From Trichinella spiralis (Eukaryota): a stretch of 64,000 nucleotides of DNA. The position numbers and the translations under genes are program-made. How positions within the stretch are numbered: the first letter of the stretch is position 1; each line of letters begins with the position of its first letter. This document shows positions 1-13,600 of the stretch, piece after piece. The notes beneath the pieces were generated by a model. The model did not search any database and was not told the DNA's origin. It was given only the letters and a program-made list of their open reading frames with translations. The stretch spans positions 3,137,293 to 3,201,292 of the forward strand of contig NW_003526940.1 in the NCBI RefSeq assembly GCF_000181795.1, written 5' to 3'.

Positions 1-633
1 GGTGTGGGTTCTTTTGGTTATTAAGGGTTTGGTTTACTTTGGTATAGGGGCAGAGAAGGTTGCAAGGATGTCAAATGGAAAAATGTGGATGTGACCTGTG
101 TGATCACAAAAAAGGATCACTTGGAAAGGTGCCCAGGGGAAGGAGCATTTAGCATACAAAATGGAAAAAAAGGCGGTTTTGAAAAAAAGAGGCGCGGAAG
201 AAACAATATCCATCCTCGCCATTTACGATGAAGTTTCCGCCGCGTCCGCTGTGCCATCTGCATCTGGCCATTTTCCGCTTTTCAAGCGGATGAAGTCCAC
301 GATGTACAGCCATCAGACAAAGCAATACCTAAAACTGCCTGAACATCGTCGGAACTAGCAAATCCCTGACGCATTCAGGACAACAATGGCCGGTGAAGAT
401 TTTTTGCTGTGGCAGAGTGCATCGAGTCATATATTGGTATTGGCTACGGGTTCTAACATTAGACTGATGGCAACCAGGCGAACCTGGGCATTGGATGGTA
501 CATTCAAGATTGTACCACAATGGTATCAAAAACTGTTTACCATCCATACCTTTTTGGCGGGCAAGCTGGTGCCAGCAGTCTATTGTTTATGTACGGATAA
601 AGATCTTACGTCAATCTTAATCCACAAACAATA
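1..633 (+). pseudogene. MULE (Mutator-like) transposase fragment, family A
   Basis: Frameshifted ORFs 161-358 and 386-634 contain MEKKAVLKKR...IYDE and WALDGTFKIVPQWYQKLFTIH...GKLVPAVYCLC (MULE DDE domain, first Asp in DGTF); homologous to copies at 16.4 kb and 52.4 kb. Confidence 0.85.
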
Positions 634-1400
634 ATTTGTGATTTTGAAATCTCTCTGATACCACTTTGTTAATATTGTTCACTGTTAGATTGTTTGTTGT
701 TGTTGTTGACTGTTCTTTACTGTTGTTGTTTCTGCTCTTGATTCGTGAAAAATCAAAATCACTATTTAATTTATTTTTGTATTGTATCGTTTTTTCTGAA
801 TTATTACTATCGCATGTGATATAACGTAACTGTGGTACAATAAAATATTGAATAATGATAAAAGTTATTATTGAAAACGTTGATCACTAAAAAGTATAAA
901 CTTCACTAATAATATATTGGAAAAACAAAATTTCAATGAATGATAAAACTTATAAATCTTGATTGAAACAATTCCCAAATAAGGAAGGATTCATTATTAA
1001 TGTTACGGCACCACTATGGAAGTTGAGTGGGCCTAAATGGAATATTGAACCAATGAAATGAAGAATATTACAGCGAATCCACCACAGGGNNNNNNNNNNC
1101 TAATCACACTGCCCAATATAAATCAATGAGCATTAGATAAGGGAAGCTAATAAGACGACGAATTGAAGGTCCAATGAAATAGCGAGTTCAACGACGTTTT
1201 CTGTCTGGCATAAGATGAAGAATTGGCAAATTAATTGAATATTTTCTGTCATATGTGTTTTGGAATGGAACGCTTTGTAAACTGGCAATTGTATCTAAGA
1301 TCGTAAAATCAAAGTTTGACAAACAAGCCTGGCCTAAGTCTAAATCAATTGGTGTGAAATGAGGTGTGTAATAATAACTTTCAAATTTAATTCGACTTGC

Positions 1401-1806
1401 CAGTGTCCAATGTTCCCATCTGGGAACCTACAACTTTGGAATGCTACTGTTTCACCATTATTATCGAGAATTCATTGCAAATTTGTATATGGTATTCCTA
1501 CTGCTTGCTCAAATTTCCATTGCAGTCGCAAGGTGCAAAACCAAAAATTCATTGAAAAATTACGTAATAAGTCATGCTGACTCAACAAGTAGAAAACTAG
1601 CCAAATCTGAATATTTGTAGATAACGGTAAGTGTTTCTATAGTACACATATAACATATCAATTAAAAGAGCACATCGAGCTGAGTAAAATTTGTTTTAAT
1701 AATTCTGTTTTTTTGTTACGACACTAATTTTGTTCGAAAAAAACTTACACAAATTTAGAAATTTAAGTGTGAATAGCATGTTCCTCCACGGGAACATTGG
1801 ACACTA
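1401..1806. mobile_element. ~400 bp MITE with terminal inverted repeats (possibly piggyBac-like); second copy 4650-5055
   Basis: CAGTGTCCAATGTTCCC at 1401 and GGGAACATTGGACACTA ending at 1806 give a 16-bp perfect inverted repeat, imperfectly extendable to ~27 bp; no transposase inside. Confidence 0.6.
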
Positions 1807-2110
1807 AACGGTTTATATAATATAATATATACGCTTCAAGTTTTAAAAATATTCATAGAAGGCAGTTAGGCTATTATAATTGAACACATATTTCGACAAT
1901 CGTTTGCTGAACGTTATTTATACATTTATATAACGTTCGTTAAATTGCAATTCAATTCATAATCAATTTCAATATAAAAAAATTATCTTCGTATTTTTTA
2001 TTCAAATGACCAACATTTTTACTGACTACAAAAAAATAATTATTGGACAATCAATAACAAAATCCAATAAATGTCAATGATAATAATAATAATAATTAAT
2101 TAATATGAAT

Positions 2111-3235
2111 TCAACGTTTTCCATAATGCCTTCTTTTCCATTTTAGAATTTCTTCATCCGATTCCAAGTCAGCAATTTTTCTAGGCTCCTTTGTTAAGCA
2201 TATTTCACAATGTAAGTGCTGTTTGTCGGCAGTTGGCTGCATTTTGTGCTTCTCTTTACAATAGCCAACAAATACACCAAGTTCTAATTCTTCAGTACTG
2301 AGCAAATAAGAGAAGCTATCACCCAACGAGAACTAATCAAACACAGTTTGCTTTTGTAAAATTAACATCAATCCAAGAGAAATAAATAAATAAATAAATA
2401 TATATATATATATATATATTTACCACTTTAGCTAAAACAATATCCCCCTCTTGAAAACACTCGTACATACTGACTTCAGTTTCATTTTTCGCAGAACCGT
2501 ACACATTTTCTTTCCTTTACAATTTAATAATTACAAAAACAATAAAAAACACATTAAACAAATCCTTTACCGGATAATGCCTACAAATGGGTAAGGCAAA
2601 ATATTGTTGTGAACCATCAGTATGGTGCATTTTGCATATTTATTTGCAACACCAGTCACCTGAGAAGAAGAAAAAGAAAAGAAAATTTTTGAAATGCTAA
2701 ATTATAAATATGTATATATATATATTTCTTTGTTTTTTCAATTAATAACCAACCAGTTAACAATTTCTTCTTACCCGACAAGTGACCACCGCCTGAGGTG
2801 ACGGTAAAATACTTGTTGAGGAATTTTCACGTACAACTTCAACAACAGCCTTGAAAAATGGAAAACAGAAAATTATTTTATCAAAAACGATGATGAATTA
2901 AATTTAACAATTAAAGGTGTTTCAAATTTTAATCCAATAAACAACATGAAAAAGAAAAAAAAATTGTTTTTTTCACAATCATCTTACGCAATCATTCTCT
3001 TTTGTCAATTTCAATTGTCCAGCCAATGAAGCGAAATAATAGCCATGAGCCACGTAACAACCATAACCGGAGCGAATGTTCTCCTCCTGTTCTTTAAATA
3101 ATTCTTCTCCTATTCAATTTCCATATTTCAAAACAAATCAACATTATCACATATGCAACAACAACAATTAACACCTGGAATTACAAATTTTCCACTGAAT
3201 TCTTCAATCAAATCGTCTACTGACTGCATCATCAT
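2111..3235 (-). CDS. EXOSC1: Exosome complex component CSL4/EXOSC1 (6 exons), copy 1
   Basis: Spliced: MMMQSVDDLIEEFSGKFVIPG / ...SGYGCYVAHGYYFASLAG / ...LPSPQAVVTCR / VTGVANKYAKCTI...FVGIIR / KENV...MYECFQEGDIVLAKV / SLGDSFSYLLSTEELELGV...CEICLTKEPRKIA; matches the CSL4 S1 domain plus Zn-ribbon ending in EPRK. Confidence 0.9.
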
Positions 3236-3512
3236 CAGTTTTGTAAAAAAATTAAACCAAAACCAAAAACACATACACAACAACAAAGCTAGAAATGCAA
3301 AAGCAATTTTAGGCGACAAATTTGAATAATAAAAAACAAACAAACAATAGAATTGATTTTATACAGTTTCTGAGACAAACAAAAGCCACAACCACACAAA
3401 AGGAGAAGATGCTTGATTTTATTTTATACTGTATATATTCAATGAATTTCAAAAAAATGAAATTATAACTGTCTTCTTGTTTCAAGTAAGTACGCTGCGA
3501 TCGATCCCTTTT

Positions 3513-4130
3513 TCAAGGAAACAACAAGCTGAAAATTTTTAATGATAAATAGCAGAGGCGGTGAAAAACAGTGGTTTCTTTTTTGAAAAAAATTAACAAA
3601 CAATTACCGGTACGGATAGCCGCGATATTTCAATCGAAACACTGACAGGAGGCAGCTGAATACGATCACCACCAGACCAATTCCGGCATAAGCATAAACT
3701 GAGAAATTTGGAAAAAGATAAAAACAAAACGAAAATAAATAAATAAATCGAATATATTTACGGCGAGTTTTAGAGGATGATGTTTTCGTGTCGGTGGCGT
3801 CGACGAGCAAAATGAATCCCATTGTAATTGCCATATCTACATGTAAAAATTGTTCATTGTAGAAATTCTGCAGAAAATAAATAAAATGCAAATTAATTTA
3901 AAAGAAAGGAAACACATACAAATAAGTGCGACTATGTACGTTTCAACGATAAACTGCATTTGAGTACCTTGAGAAAAAATTGTCTGAAAAGATCCCATCA
4001 ACATATATATGTTTTGTAAGCGTTATAAAAGTGTTACCCACTGTCCAGTTTTAGGAATTATGATAGAAAAATGGAAGAACTTCTGATGTGATTCCACATT
4101 TTGTCCTGACAAGAAAGCAAAGTAATGCAC
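3513..4130 (-). CDS. OST3/OST6-family gene, redundant 3' fragment truncated at gap
   Basis: Duplicate of the 3' exons of the gene at 6735-8435 ([26 protein letters not shown]); indels accumulate toward the contig end. Confidence 0.75.
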
Positions 4131-5354
4131 TAAAAATGGGAGATACCAAAATAGTTTGATCACTTTTCATTAGAAGATGATTATCAAAAAGTTTTCNNNN
4201 NNNNNNCAAAGATTGATAAAACTTAAAAATCTGGATTGATCACTTCCCAAATAACGAATAATTCATTCTGAAGAGTACGTCACCGCTATTAAACGAAAGT
4301 AATCCTAAATGGAATATTTGAACCAATGAAATGAAGAATATTACAACTAATCACAACTGAAGAGTTTGATTCAATGAGCAATTAGATAAGGAAAGCTAAT
4401 AAGACGACGAATTGAAGGTCCAATGAAATAGCGAGTTCAACGACGTTTTCTGTCTGGCATAAGATGAAGAATTGGCAAATTAATTGAATATTTTCTGTCA
4501 TATGTGTTTTGGAATGGAACGCTTTGTAAACTGGCAATTGTATCTAAGATCGTAAAATCAAAGTTTGACAAACAAGCCTGGCCTAAGTCTAAATCAATTG
4601 GTGTGAAATGAGGTGTGTAATAATAACTTTCAAATTTCATTCGACTTGTCAGTGTCCAATGTTCCCATCTGGGAACCTACAACTTTGGAATGCTACTGTT
4701 TCACCATTATTATCGAGAATTCATTGCAAATTTGTATATGGTATTCCTACTGCTTGCTCAAATTTCCATTGCAGTCGCAAGGTGCAAATCCAAAAATTCA
4801 TTGAAAAATTACGTCATAAGTCATGCTGACTCAACAAGTAGAAAACTAGCCAAATCTGAATATTTGTAGATAACGGTAAGTGTTTCTATAGTACACATAT
4901 AACATATCAATTAAAAGAGCACATCGAGCTGAGTAAAATTTGTTTTAATAATTCTGTTTTTTTGTTACGACACTAATTTTGTTCGAAAAAAACTTACACA
5001 AATTTAGAAATTTAAGTGTGAATAGCATGTTCCTCCACGGGAACATTGGACACTAAACGGTTTATATAATATAATATATACGCTTCAAGTTTTAAAAATA
5101 TTCATAGAAGGCAGTTAGGCTATTATAATTGAATACATATTTCAACAATCGTTTGCTGAACGTTATTTATACATTTATATAACGTTCGTTAAATTGCAAT
5201 TCAATTCATAATAAATTTCAATATAAAAAAATTATCTTCGTATTTTTTATTCAAATGACCAACATTTTTACTGACTACAAAAAAAATAATTATTGGACAA
5301 TCAATAACAAAATCGAATAAATGTCAATGATAATAATAATTAATAAATATGAAT

Positions 5355-6455
5355 TCAACGTTTTCCATAATGCCTTCTTTTCCATTTTAGAATTTCTTCG
5401 TCCGATTCCAAGTCGGCAATTTTTCTAGGCTCCTTTGTTAAGCATATTTCACAATGTAAGTGCTGTTTGTCGGCAGTTGGCTGCATTTTGTGTTTCTCTT
5501 TACAATAGCCAACAAATACACCAAGTTCTAATTCTTCGGTACTGAGCAAATAAGAGAAGCTATCACCCAACGAGAACTAATCAAACACAGTTTGCTTTTG
5601 TAAAATTAACATCAATCCAAGAGAAATAAATAAATAAATATATATATATATATATTTACCACTTTAGCTAAAACAATATCCCCCTCTTGAAAACACTCGT
5701 ACATACTGACTTCAGTTTCATTTTTCGCAGAACCGTACACATTTTCTTTCCTTTACAATTTAATAATTACAAAAACAATAAAAAACACATTAAACAAATC
5801 CTTTACCGGATAATGCCTACAAATGGGTAAGGCAAAATATTGTTGTGAACCATCAGTATGGTGCATTTTGCATATTTATTTGCAACACCAGTCACCTGAG
5901 AAGAAGAAAAAGAAAAGAAAATTTTTGAAATGCTAAATTATAAATATATATCTTTGTTTTTTCAATTAATAACCAACCAGTTAACAATTTCTTCTTACCC
6001 GACAAGTGACCACCGCCTGAGGTGACGGTAAAATACTTGTTGAGGAATTTTCACGTACAACTTCAACAACAGCCTTGAAAAATGGAAAACAGAAAATTAT
6101 TTTATCAAAAACTATGATGAATTAAATTTAACAATTAAAGGTGTTTCAAATTTTAATCCAATAAACAACATGAAAAAGAAAAAAAATTGTTTTTTTCACA
6201 ATCATCTTACGCAATCATTCTCTTTTGTCAATTTCAATTGTCCAGCCAATGAAGCGAAATAATAGCCATGAGCCACGTAACAACCATAACCGGAGCGAAT
6301 GTTCTCCTCCTGTTCTTTAAATAATTCTTCTCCTATTCAATTTCCATATTTCAAAACAAATCAACATTATCACATATGCAACAACAATTAACACCTGGAA
6401 TTACAAATTTTCCACTGAATTCTTCAATCAAATCGTCTACTGACTGCATCATCAT
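5355..6455 (-). CDS. EXOSC1: Exosome complex component CSL4/EXOSC1, copy 2
   Basis: Same exon set as 2111-3235; last-exon translation is identical. Confidence 0.9.
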
Positions 6456-6734
6456 CAGTTTTGTAAAAAAAAATTAAACCAAAACCAAAAACACATACAC
6501 AACAACAAAGCTAGAAATGCAAAAGCAATTTTAGGCGACAAATTTGAATAATAAAAAACAAACAAACAATAGAATTGATTTTATACAGTTTCTGAGACAA
6601 ACAAAAGCCACAACGACACAAAAAGAGAAGATGCCTGATTTTATTTTATACTGTATATATTCAATGAATTTCAAAAAAATGAAATTATAACTGTCTTCTT
6701 GTTTCAAGTAAGTACGCTGCGATCGATCCCTTTT

Positions 6735-8435
6735 TCAAGGAAACAACAAGCTGAAAATTTTTAATGATAAATAGCAGAGGCGGTGAAAAATAGTGGTTTC
6801 TTTTTTGAAAAAAATTAACAAACAATTACCGGTACGGATAGCCGCGATATTTCAATCGAAACACTGACAGGAGGCAGCTGAATACGATCACCACCAGACC
6901 AATTCCGGCATAAGCATAAACTGAGAAATTTGGAAAAAGATAAAAACAAAACGAAAATAAATAAATAAATCGAATATATTTACGGCGAGTTTTAGAGGAT
7001 GATGTTTTCGTGTCGGTGGCGTCGACGAGCAAAATGAATCCCATTGTAATTGCCATATCTACATGTAAAAATTGTTCATTGTAGAAATTCTGCAGAAAAT
7101 AAATAAAATGCAAATTAATTTAAAAGAAAGGAAACACATACAAATAAGTGCGACTATGTACGTTTCAACGATAAACTGCATTTGAGTACCTTGAGAAAAA
7201 ATTGTCTGAAAAGATCCCATCAACATATATATGTTTTGTAAGCGTTATAAAAGTGTTTACCCACTGTCCAGTTTTAGGATTATGATAGAAAAATGGAGGA
7301 CTTCTGATGTGATTCCACATTTGTCCTGACAAGAAAGCAAAAGTAATGCACTAAAAATGGAAGAAAACAAAATAAGTTTGATCACTTTTCATCAGAAGAT
7401 GATTATTCAAAAAAATTTTCAAATTACCAAAGCGAGAAAACCCCAAAGATTTCGATTGTACAAAAAGTCCAAACTGCTTCGCTTCATGTACAAAAGTCCA
7501 CAAACCAACATCAAGAGCAAAAACAGAGCAACCGGGCCGGCATAGTTCGGCGGCCGCATCACTGGGATCTTAACAACATCATCGGTAATAATGATCGTGA
7601 TTATTATAATTTTTTTCCAACAAATAAAATTTCAACTCACCACAACGTCAGTTCTTTCGTGTACCCATTTCGCAATCGCTTCGGCTTGTATGCCACTGCT
7701 GTAAATAAATTTCCCCTCTGTCCAAAAAAGAATCCCAAAAAAAAGAAATTTAATACCACAAACTCACCGTTGAAAATCCATCTTGTCTTGTCGTTTCAAA
7801 TTGCCGCGGGGTGGTACATGCAAAATTATCGGTATTGCGCTAATTCCGAGCTGTAACGAACACAACAATAATGGACAAATTATTTCATAATTGCAAAGTG
7901 AAAAAAATTAATTTTTTTTTCCAAACCGTATGAAAAACTTCACCGGCTTCTTCATAGTCTGCTAAAACGAAATACAAACGTTTGGAATTCATATTCGTAA
8001 AACGATATGAACTCGCGACCACTTCGAATTCATCCTGCACAACGCTAAATAGGATATAATCTGAATTTAAAAAAAACAAACAATTCCAAATAAATCACCA
8101 GCATCCAAACACTTACCTGCAAATTCTACATTGTCTATTACTTTGTGATGTCAGCAAAATAATTACTGAATAATTACGAGGTGACGAGCGGACATACTGT
8201 TGGAATTTCGCATTGTTCAACCGAAGCACGGATCTTTTTGCCAACCAATCTTGCATGAACGTAACCTTCTCCTCTAAACTCTATAATTTTCCTTTATTAT
8301 TTTTTTTAAATATATTTTTTCACATTTGAAAAAATATTAAAATACTAGCTGTTCCTTCTTCGTTTTCTGCGGATTGATGAGTGGCAAAACGGTTAAACAC
8401 AACACTGTCGCTGCTAACCAATATGAAGCATTCAT
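6735..8435 (-). CDS. Oligosaccharyltransferase subunit OST3/OST6 (MAGT1/TUSC3 orthologue), multi-exon
   Basis: Signal peptide [34 protein letters not shown] (thioredoxin-like CxxC); [32 protein letters not shown]-terminal [18 protein letters not shown]. Confidence 0.92.
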
Positions 8436-8649
8436 TCTACTAAATTCCAACGCTAAAATTAATATTTCAAAGAAATAAATATAAAAATATTTTCAAAGTA
8501 AAATACAGATTCCACTGCACACGTTATTACACAAATCAACAACATCTGAATGTGGTGTGAAAATATAATACATAAATAAATACAATTATGAAGCAATAAT
8601 TTATCATCATATAAAAATTAATTCAATGGTGCGTGGTAGTAAAAAAGCA

Positions 8650-9867
8650 TTATTTCTTCGAAGTTCCAAAACATTTGAATCCCATCAGTTTCGATACATC
8701 GGATTCATTTTTATCATCTTCATCATCCGACAAATCAGCACGTTTTCTTTTCGACTTTTCCAATCGCTTTTGCTTCTTGTACTCGGCCATTTTCCTCTCC
8801 TCAAGTAAAAAATAGTTCATTAAAGAAGAAGAATAATAATAATCAATTCTGAAGAATTAATTCCAACAAATACTTCTTCTTGAATTTCTCTCAATCTCTC
8901 TTCAATATCGTAACTTTTTTTCCGCTCTTCCGCTTCTTGCTTTTTCGCACTGAACCGTGCTCTTACATCTTCCAACGTGCTCTTCTTGATACGCATCGAC
9001 ATACCCATATTTCGTTGATCTAATCAAAAAATAAAAATAAACAAACATTTTAGCATTATTGAAATACACGCATATACTTACTTCTCGGATTTCAAAACAT
9101 TTTTCACTTGGTTTAGATAAATGAAAAATTCCCTCATCACATTCTCATCACAGCTTTATTGAGTAGAAAAAAAAATACAACATTATCCATTTTTAATACA
9201 ACATCACCTTAGAATCATTTTACACAGTATCATAGGTGGTAATTTAATTTGAAATATTTCTCTACTTGAAAAAGCTTTCTTGGTTTTTACAAAAATCAAA
9301 AAAAAGTAACCGAAATTCAACAGCCGCTCAAGAAATAAAAACTTACGTTTCTTCCCATTAATATGATCCAAAAAATTTATAGAATCTTTGACAATACAAT
9401 CACATACGTTGCAATAATAACTGAAAATACAAAAAGTTCACTTTAAATATATTTAAACTTGACACACATTGTTACCCTCCAGCTTCGGATGCTGGTGTCG
9501 ATTTGGTAATCACAACTGATTTCCCAACTTTCGAGTCAAGATCAATCTATTTTATAAAAATACAAACATTTGCATAGAAAACTAGAAAAAAACAATTCTG
9601 AACATAAGTAATATTCAAAGAAGAAACAGCATGATACTACAAAATCAATTTCAAATTTAACCCAAAAATCTTATTGCAAACTTTAATTGAACTCACTTTG
9701 TAATCTCGAGGTTTCAAATATTCTCTTATTTTTTTCTCCTTAGGTTCAAAACGTTCATTTGGTTTTTCAGATTCTTCCTCTTTCTCGAGTCTTTCTCTGG
9801 CTAGGCGTTCGTATTCAACTTTATCCCATTTGCGACGATGATCTCCAGGATTAAACGCTGGCTCCAT
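8650..9867 (-). CDS. ZMAT2: Zinc finger matrin-type protein 2 (Snu23, spliceosomal B-complex protein), 5 exons
   Basis: [11 protein letters not shown]...LKPRDYK / [15 protein letters not shown]...GG / [24 protein letters not shown] / [19 protein letters not shown]... / ...[12 protein letters not shown]. Confidence 0.95.
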
Positions 9868-10915
9868 CTTAAGAAAGAATGCAAAACAGTTATCTCTTTG
9901 AAATAAAAAATAACTTATTAAATGCATCATCATATGTATATACGTTAACATGATAAATTCAAACAATTCAAATTAAAAATGCCAACAGATTTCCAACGTG
10001 TAAACTGCCATAAGGCATGACGGAAAATAAAGACAAACCACTAGAAAAATAGAAAAAAATAAGAAAAAGAAATCCCGTATAAACCACTTTCTGAATTTTT
10101 CTGACTATACATTTTAGCCCAAAGATGCATCAAACACAATATCGGAATATAAAATCCGAGCTGAAGATAGCACATCTTTCCAATATAAAATAAGAAAGAA
10201 CGTCNNNNNNNNNNNNNNNNNNNNNNNNNNNNNNNNNNNNNNNNNNNNNNNNNNNNNNNNNNNNNNNNNNNNNNNNNNNNNNNNNNNNNNNNNNNNNNNN
10301 NNNNNNNNNNNNNNNNNNNNNNTACAAGCTTTAAATGTACATATAGTGCATATAAAATAATTAATAAAGATGATAATACACAGACTGTTCAAGAGAAAAT
10401 ATAAATAAAGTATTAATACACAGTAGTTAACATAGTTAATACAATTACAGTATAACATATATAAAACAATCAAGTTCAATTAAAAAGCAATATTTTATAT
10501 ATCTCTTTTCTAATTAAAAGTTAAATAGGCAGACGAATTTAACTTGAATTTTTTTCAACTATTGCTATTCATTGATATTTTGATGTCAAATTCAATTGAA
10601 TTAATTAAACAATTTTTAAAATGGTGTAGCGTACTAGCTTCGTCGTTACTGATGTTCAGGTTTGATGGACTGTATTTTTGTTCAAATGGCGATTTGATCG
10701 AAAGATTAAATCACCGTTCATGAAGTTATGGATATAGAGGAAAGGAAGCAGCAGTTTTGTGGATCACAATGTTTACTGAGATAAATCAACTCAACATAAT
10801 CGATCGCTCAATTAATCTCTTGACGCAAGGTAATTCTTCTGGCCGCTGTCCTACTGACCAGTGCTCTGTGCACTTCACAACTAAGCGACAACCATCCCAA
10901 AATGCCATTCACGGT

Positions 10916-10956
<41 letters not shown>

Positions 10957-11669
10957 TGTTCACACAGGCACTTTCTTCATTATCCCCATTGATCTTTTGT
11001 ACTTCTTGTTAACACTTCCGGTGATGTTGCCGCTTTTCGCCCACGCGCTTAACGTTTTTTAGCGGATGGAGCTTACACGCTGCCCACGCAGTATTTTTGC
11101 TGCCCACTACTACAACTGTCAAATTTTTATCAGCGAGTGCAGAAGCAATGTTATTGTCGTAACACCCACGTCTTTCCCATGGCGTGTTACGACGCCGCTT
11201 CCGGCGCTGTTCTGGTAGGAACAGGCGATAAAGTCAAAATTAACTCACTCCGTCATTGAATAAATAAATTTTAGCGTGTTACAGGATGTAACTGTGTAAC
11301 CGATGGAATTGTTGCTTGCATTTTTCAATTGGTTGTTATAAATCGTTTTCTTATTGGATGATAATGGCGTAGGTTCTCATTGCATACTTATTGCGCCATG
11401 ATATTAGTTCTCTTATCAAACTTTTCATTGGTTCAAATTATTCTGTTTTGATTAGCTGCAATATTTTTCACTTCATTGAATGTACAAATGTTTGACAATT
11501 GATTACGTAACATTAGTATATTTGATGTCAGGTTTGTCTAATGCAGTTGTTTTTCCATTCGTGTATGAATATTTCTTTTTTAATTTGACAGCTTTTAGTA
11601 ATCACTGTTTGTAATGCAATTAAATCATATTAGTTTTTATTAAAAAATTAATTATTAAATTAAAACTTA

Positions 11670-12050
11670 GTTTTGCACCCCTTCCTGTCCTATACGGAAA
11701 CAAACAAATTGTTAATGACAAGGAACACATTCAATACATTCAGCACATACTTTTGAACACTCCCAACCCTTCCTCCGTTCACTGGTATTTTTTAATTTAT
11801 ACGCCCTGCCTTCATACACCAGGACATACTACCGCAACAGTTTGTCACAAGACGTAGCTGACAGATATCAGCCATGACGAAAAATACTGAACAGAACGCG
11901 AACAGAAAACTTTCTTCGAGCCAAACAAGTGAACAGCGAAGGAAAGAATGATTGTGCATGTGAACAAAGAGACAATAAATATGCATTTTTACTCTTGAAT
12001 TTTCTCTTAAATTTTTTTTGCTCTATTCCGGTTTATTTGTCTAGCTCAGT
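11670..12050 (-). mobile_element. 5' fragment (FLYWCH exon and intron) of family-A MULE
   Basis: 11670-11770 is the reverse complement of 52435-52535 (GGGAGTGTTCAAAAGTATGTGCTGAATG...TATAGGACA.GAAGGGGTGCAAA). Confidence 0.7.
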
Positions 12051-12959
12051 CAGCTACGTATAGCTTTATGCCGAACAGCATTTTACTTCTTGCTTATCTT
12101 GCTTTACTATATCTCGTTTATTACAACATTCACAATCCATTTTCGTTTCCATTTCCTGGTCATAGCCGTCCAGCCCAGAAAGCAGTATTCATCAGAATTT
12201 CAGCAGGGAAAAATTTCAGATGCACGATATTATCTGATATTTGATTCTTCGGTTTCTTATGATGAGTCATTACAACAGGCAAACAAATACTGTTCAAAAA
12301 AGTATCAGCCAACAGTTGCTTTCACTCGTCATATAAATTACCGTCTTAGCCAGCAATTACATGAAATTTATGCCTAATATTATTTCCTGTTTGTCAGATG
12401 TTGTTCTGATGAAGGCTACCTAGCTAAAGACTATTCAAGTACAAAGGAAAAATCTAAAATTGATAAATTGTCCACAGCTTCAGTTTTCAGCTAAAACTGG
12501 GAGTGGTGACTGCTGAATGTTAGCATTGAAATATTTTCTAATTTCATCTGTAGGGTTCTCTGAAAATAACGATAATAATGTATTACGATGATAACGAAAT
12601 ATTCAATGTTACAGATCAAAAAGGATCTGTTGCATTGTGAAGCCGCTGCCGTTGTTGTCGTTGAAGAAATAAACAATTGTGATTGTTATTGAACAAGTGA
12701 ACAATAGTTAGTTGCGTTTTCGTTCATAGGGGAGAGAAGTCATTGTATTAGTTCGCTCGCATTTGCCTGTTGTTTGACTGCATCTTCTATAAAATATACT
12801 GACGATTATCTGATAAAATTAGAGATTTGTAAAATTCAGATCTAGCGTAAGGAAAGACAGTTATCGGCAGAACCTAACTGTGAATAATCTAGTGTAGTAA
12901 GATTTCCCTGCGAGCCTACTACATTTCTTTTCTTCGAAAACATTTAATGAAGTTTTGAA

Positions 12960-13590
12960 GTTATTAAGAAGTCACTTCATTCTGAGACTTTTGGAAGTTT
13001 ACCAACGGTTTCTGCACCCCTGACGGCTACAACAACCTGGTGAAGGAGTTGCGGCTTCTGTAGCAGAACTTCGCCATCTGGCACAACACTGCAACTTTGG
13101 TGAAGCGTTAGAGTCTCGAATGAAAGACCAGCTCGTATGCGGCCTGTGAGACGAACCTTCGAAGCAACTGTTGACTGACGGAGAAATGACTTTTGTGAAG
13201 TCTTTTGAGCGTGCACTGTCAGTAGAAGCAGCGAGTGCTCTGGTATCTGACATTCGAGCACTAAACACAACGGTCGCCACGGAAGCGCAGCTCGTAACCT
13301 TCAAGAAAATTGACCGTAACAGCTCGATGTGAAGCGTTCACTGACAACAGGAGAGCACTGACCCACAAGCACTAGCCATTTTAATAACCTTACTGAAATT
13401 GTTGTAAGCGTTTAAGCCACATCGAGTGCGTTTGTAGAGCGAAATCCCAACACACTCTGAAGAAACTAGCTGTGAAACACAACCGGTGTGCTACAAATTT
13501 GATCGCCGTCGAAGAGGAGGAACATTGAATCAGCTGATTAACCATCTCCAATCAAGTGATCAGAGTCTTGCCTTTTGCGAGCGTCTACGT
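12960..13590 (+). mobile_element. Degenerate Ty3/Gypsy gag fragment
   Basis: RLQQPGEGVAASVAELRHLAQHCNFGEALESRMKDQLVCGL*DE...LLTDGEMTFVKSFERALSVEAA is a typical Gypsy gag motif, with in-frame stops. Confidence 0.75.
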
Positions 13591-13600
13591 TAGATTAGAC

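Larger units (their letters stand above)
1100..7400. repeat. Near-identical ~3.1 kb direct duplication (1100-4196 vs ~4345-7400) separated by a 10-N gap
   Basis: Same ORFs recur about 3.23-3.25 kb apart (2111/5355, 3604/6826); differences are mostly microsatellite or homopolymer length; first copy is bounded by gaps at 1090-1099 and 4197-4206. Confidence 0.9.

Noticed and set aside
1100..4196. True tandem duplication of CSL4 and the OST3/6 3' end
   Set aside because: The copy is bounded by 10-N gaps, is near-identical and degrades at its ends; most likely an unmerged haplotype or contig overlap. Read depth would decide.
10114..10479. ORFs spanning N-runs (also 15878-16205 and 22148-22666)
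   Set aside because: Artefacts of translating through gaps.
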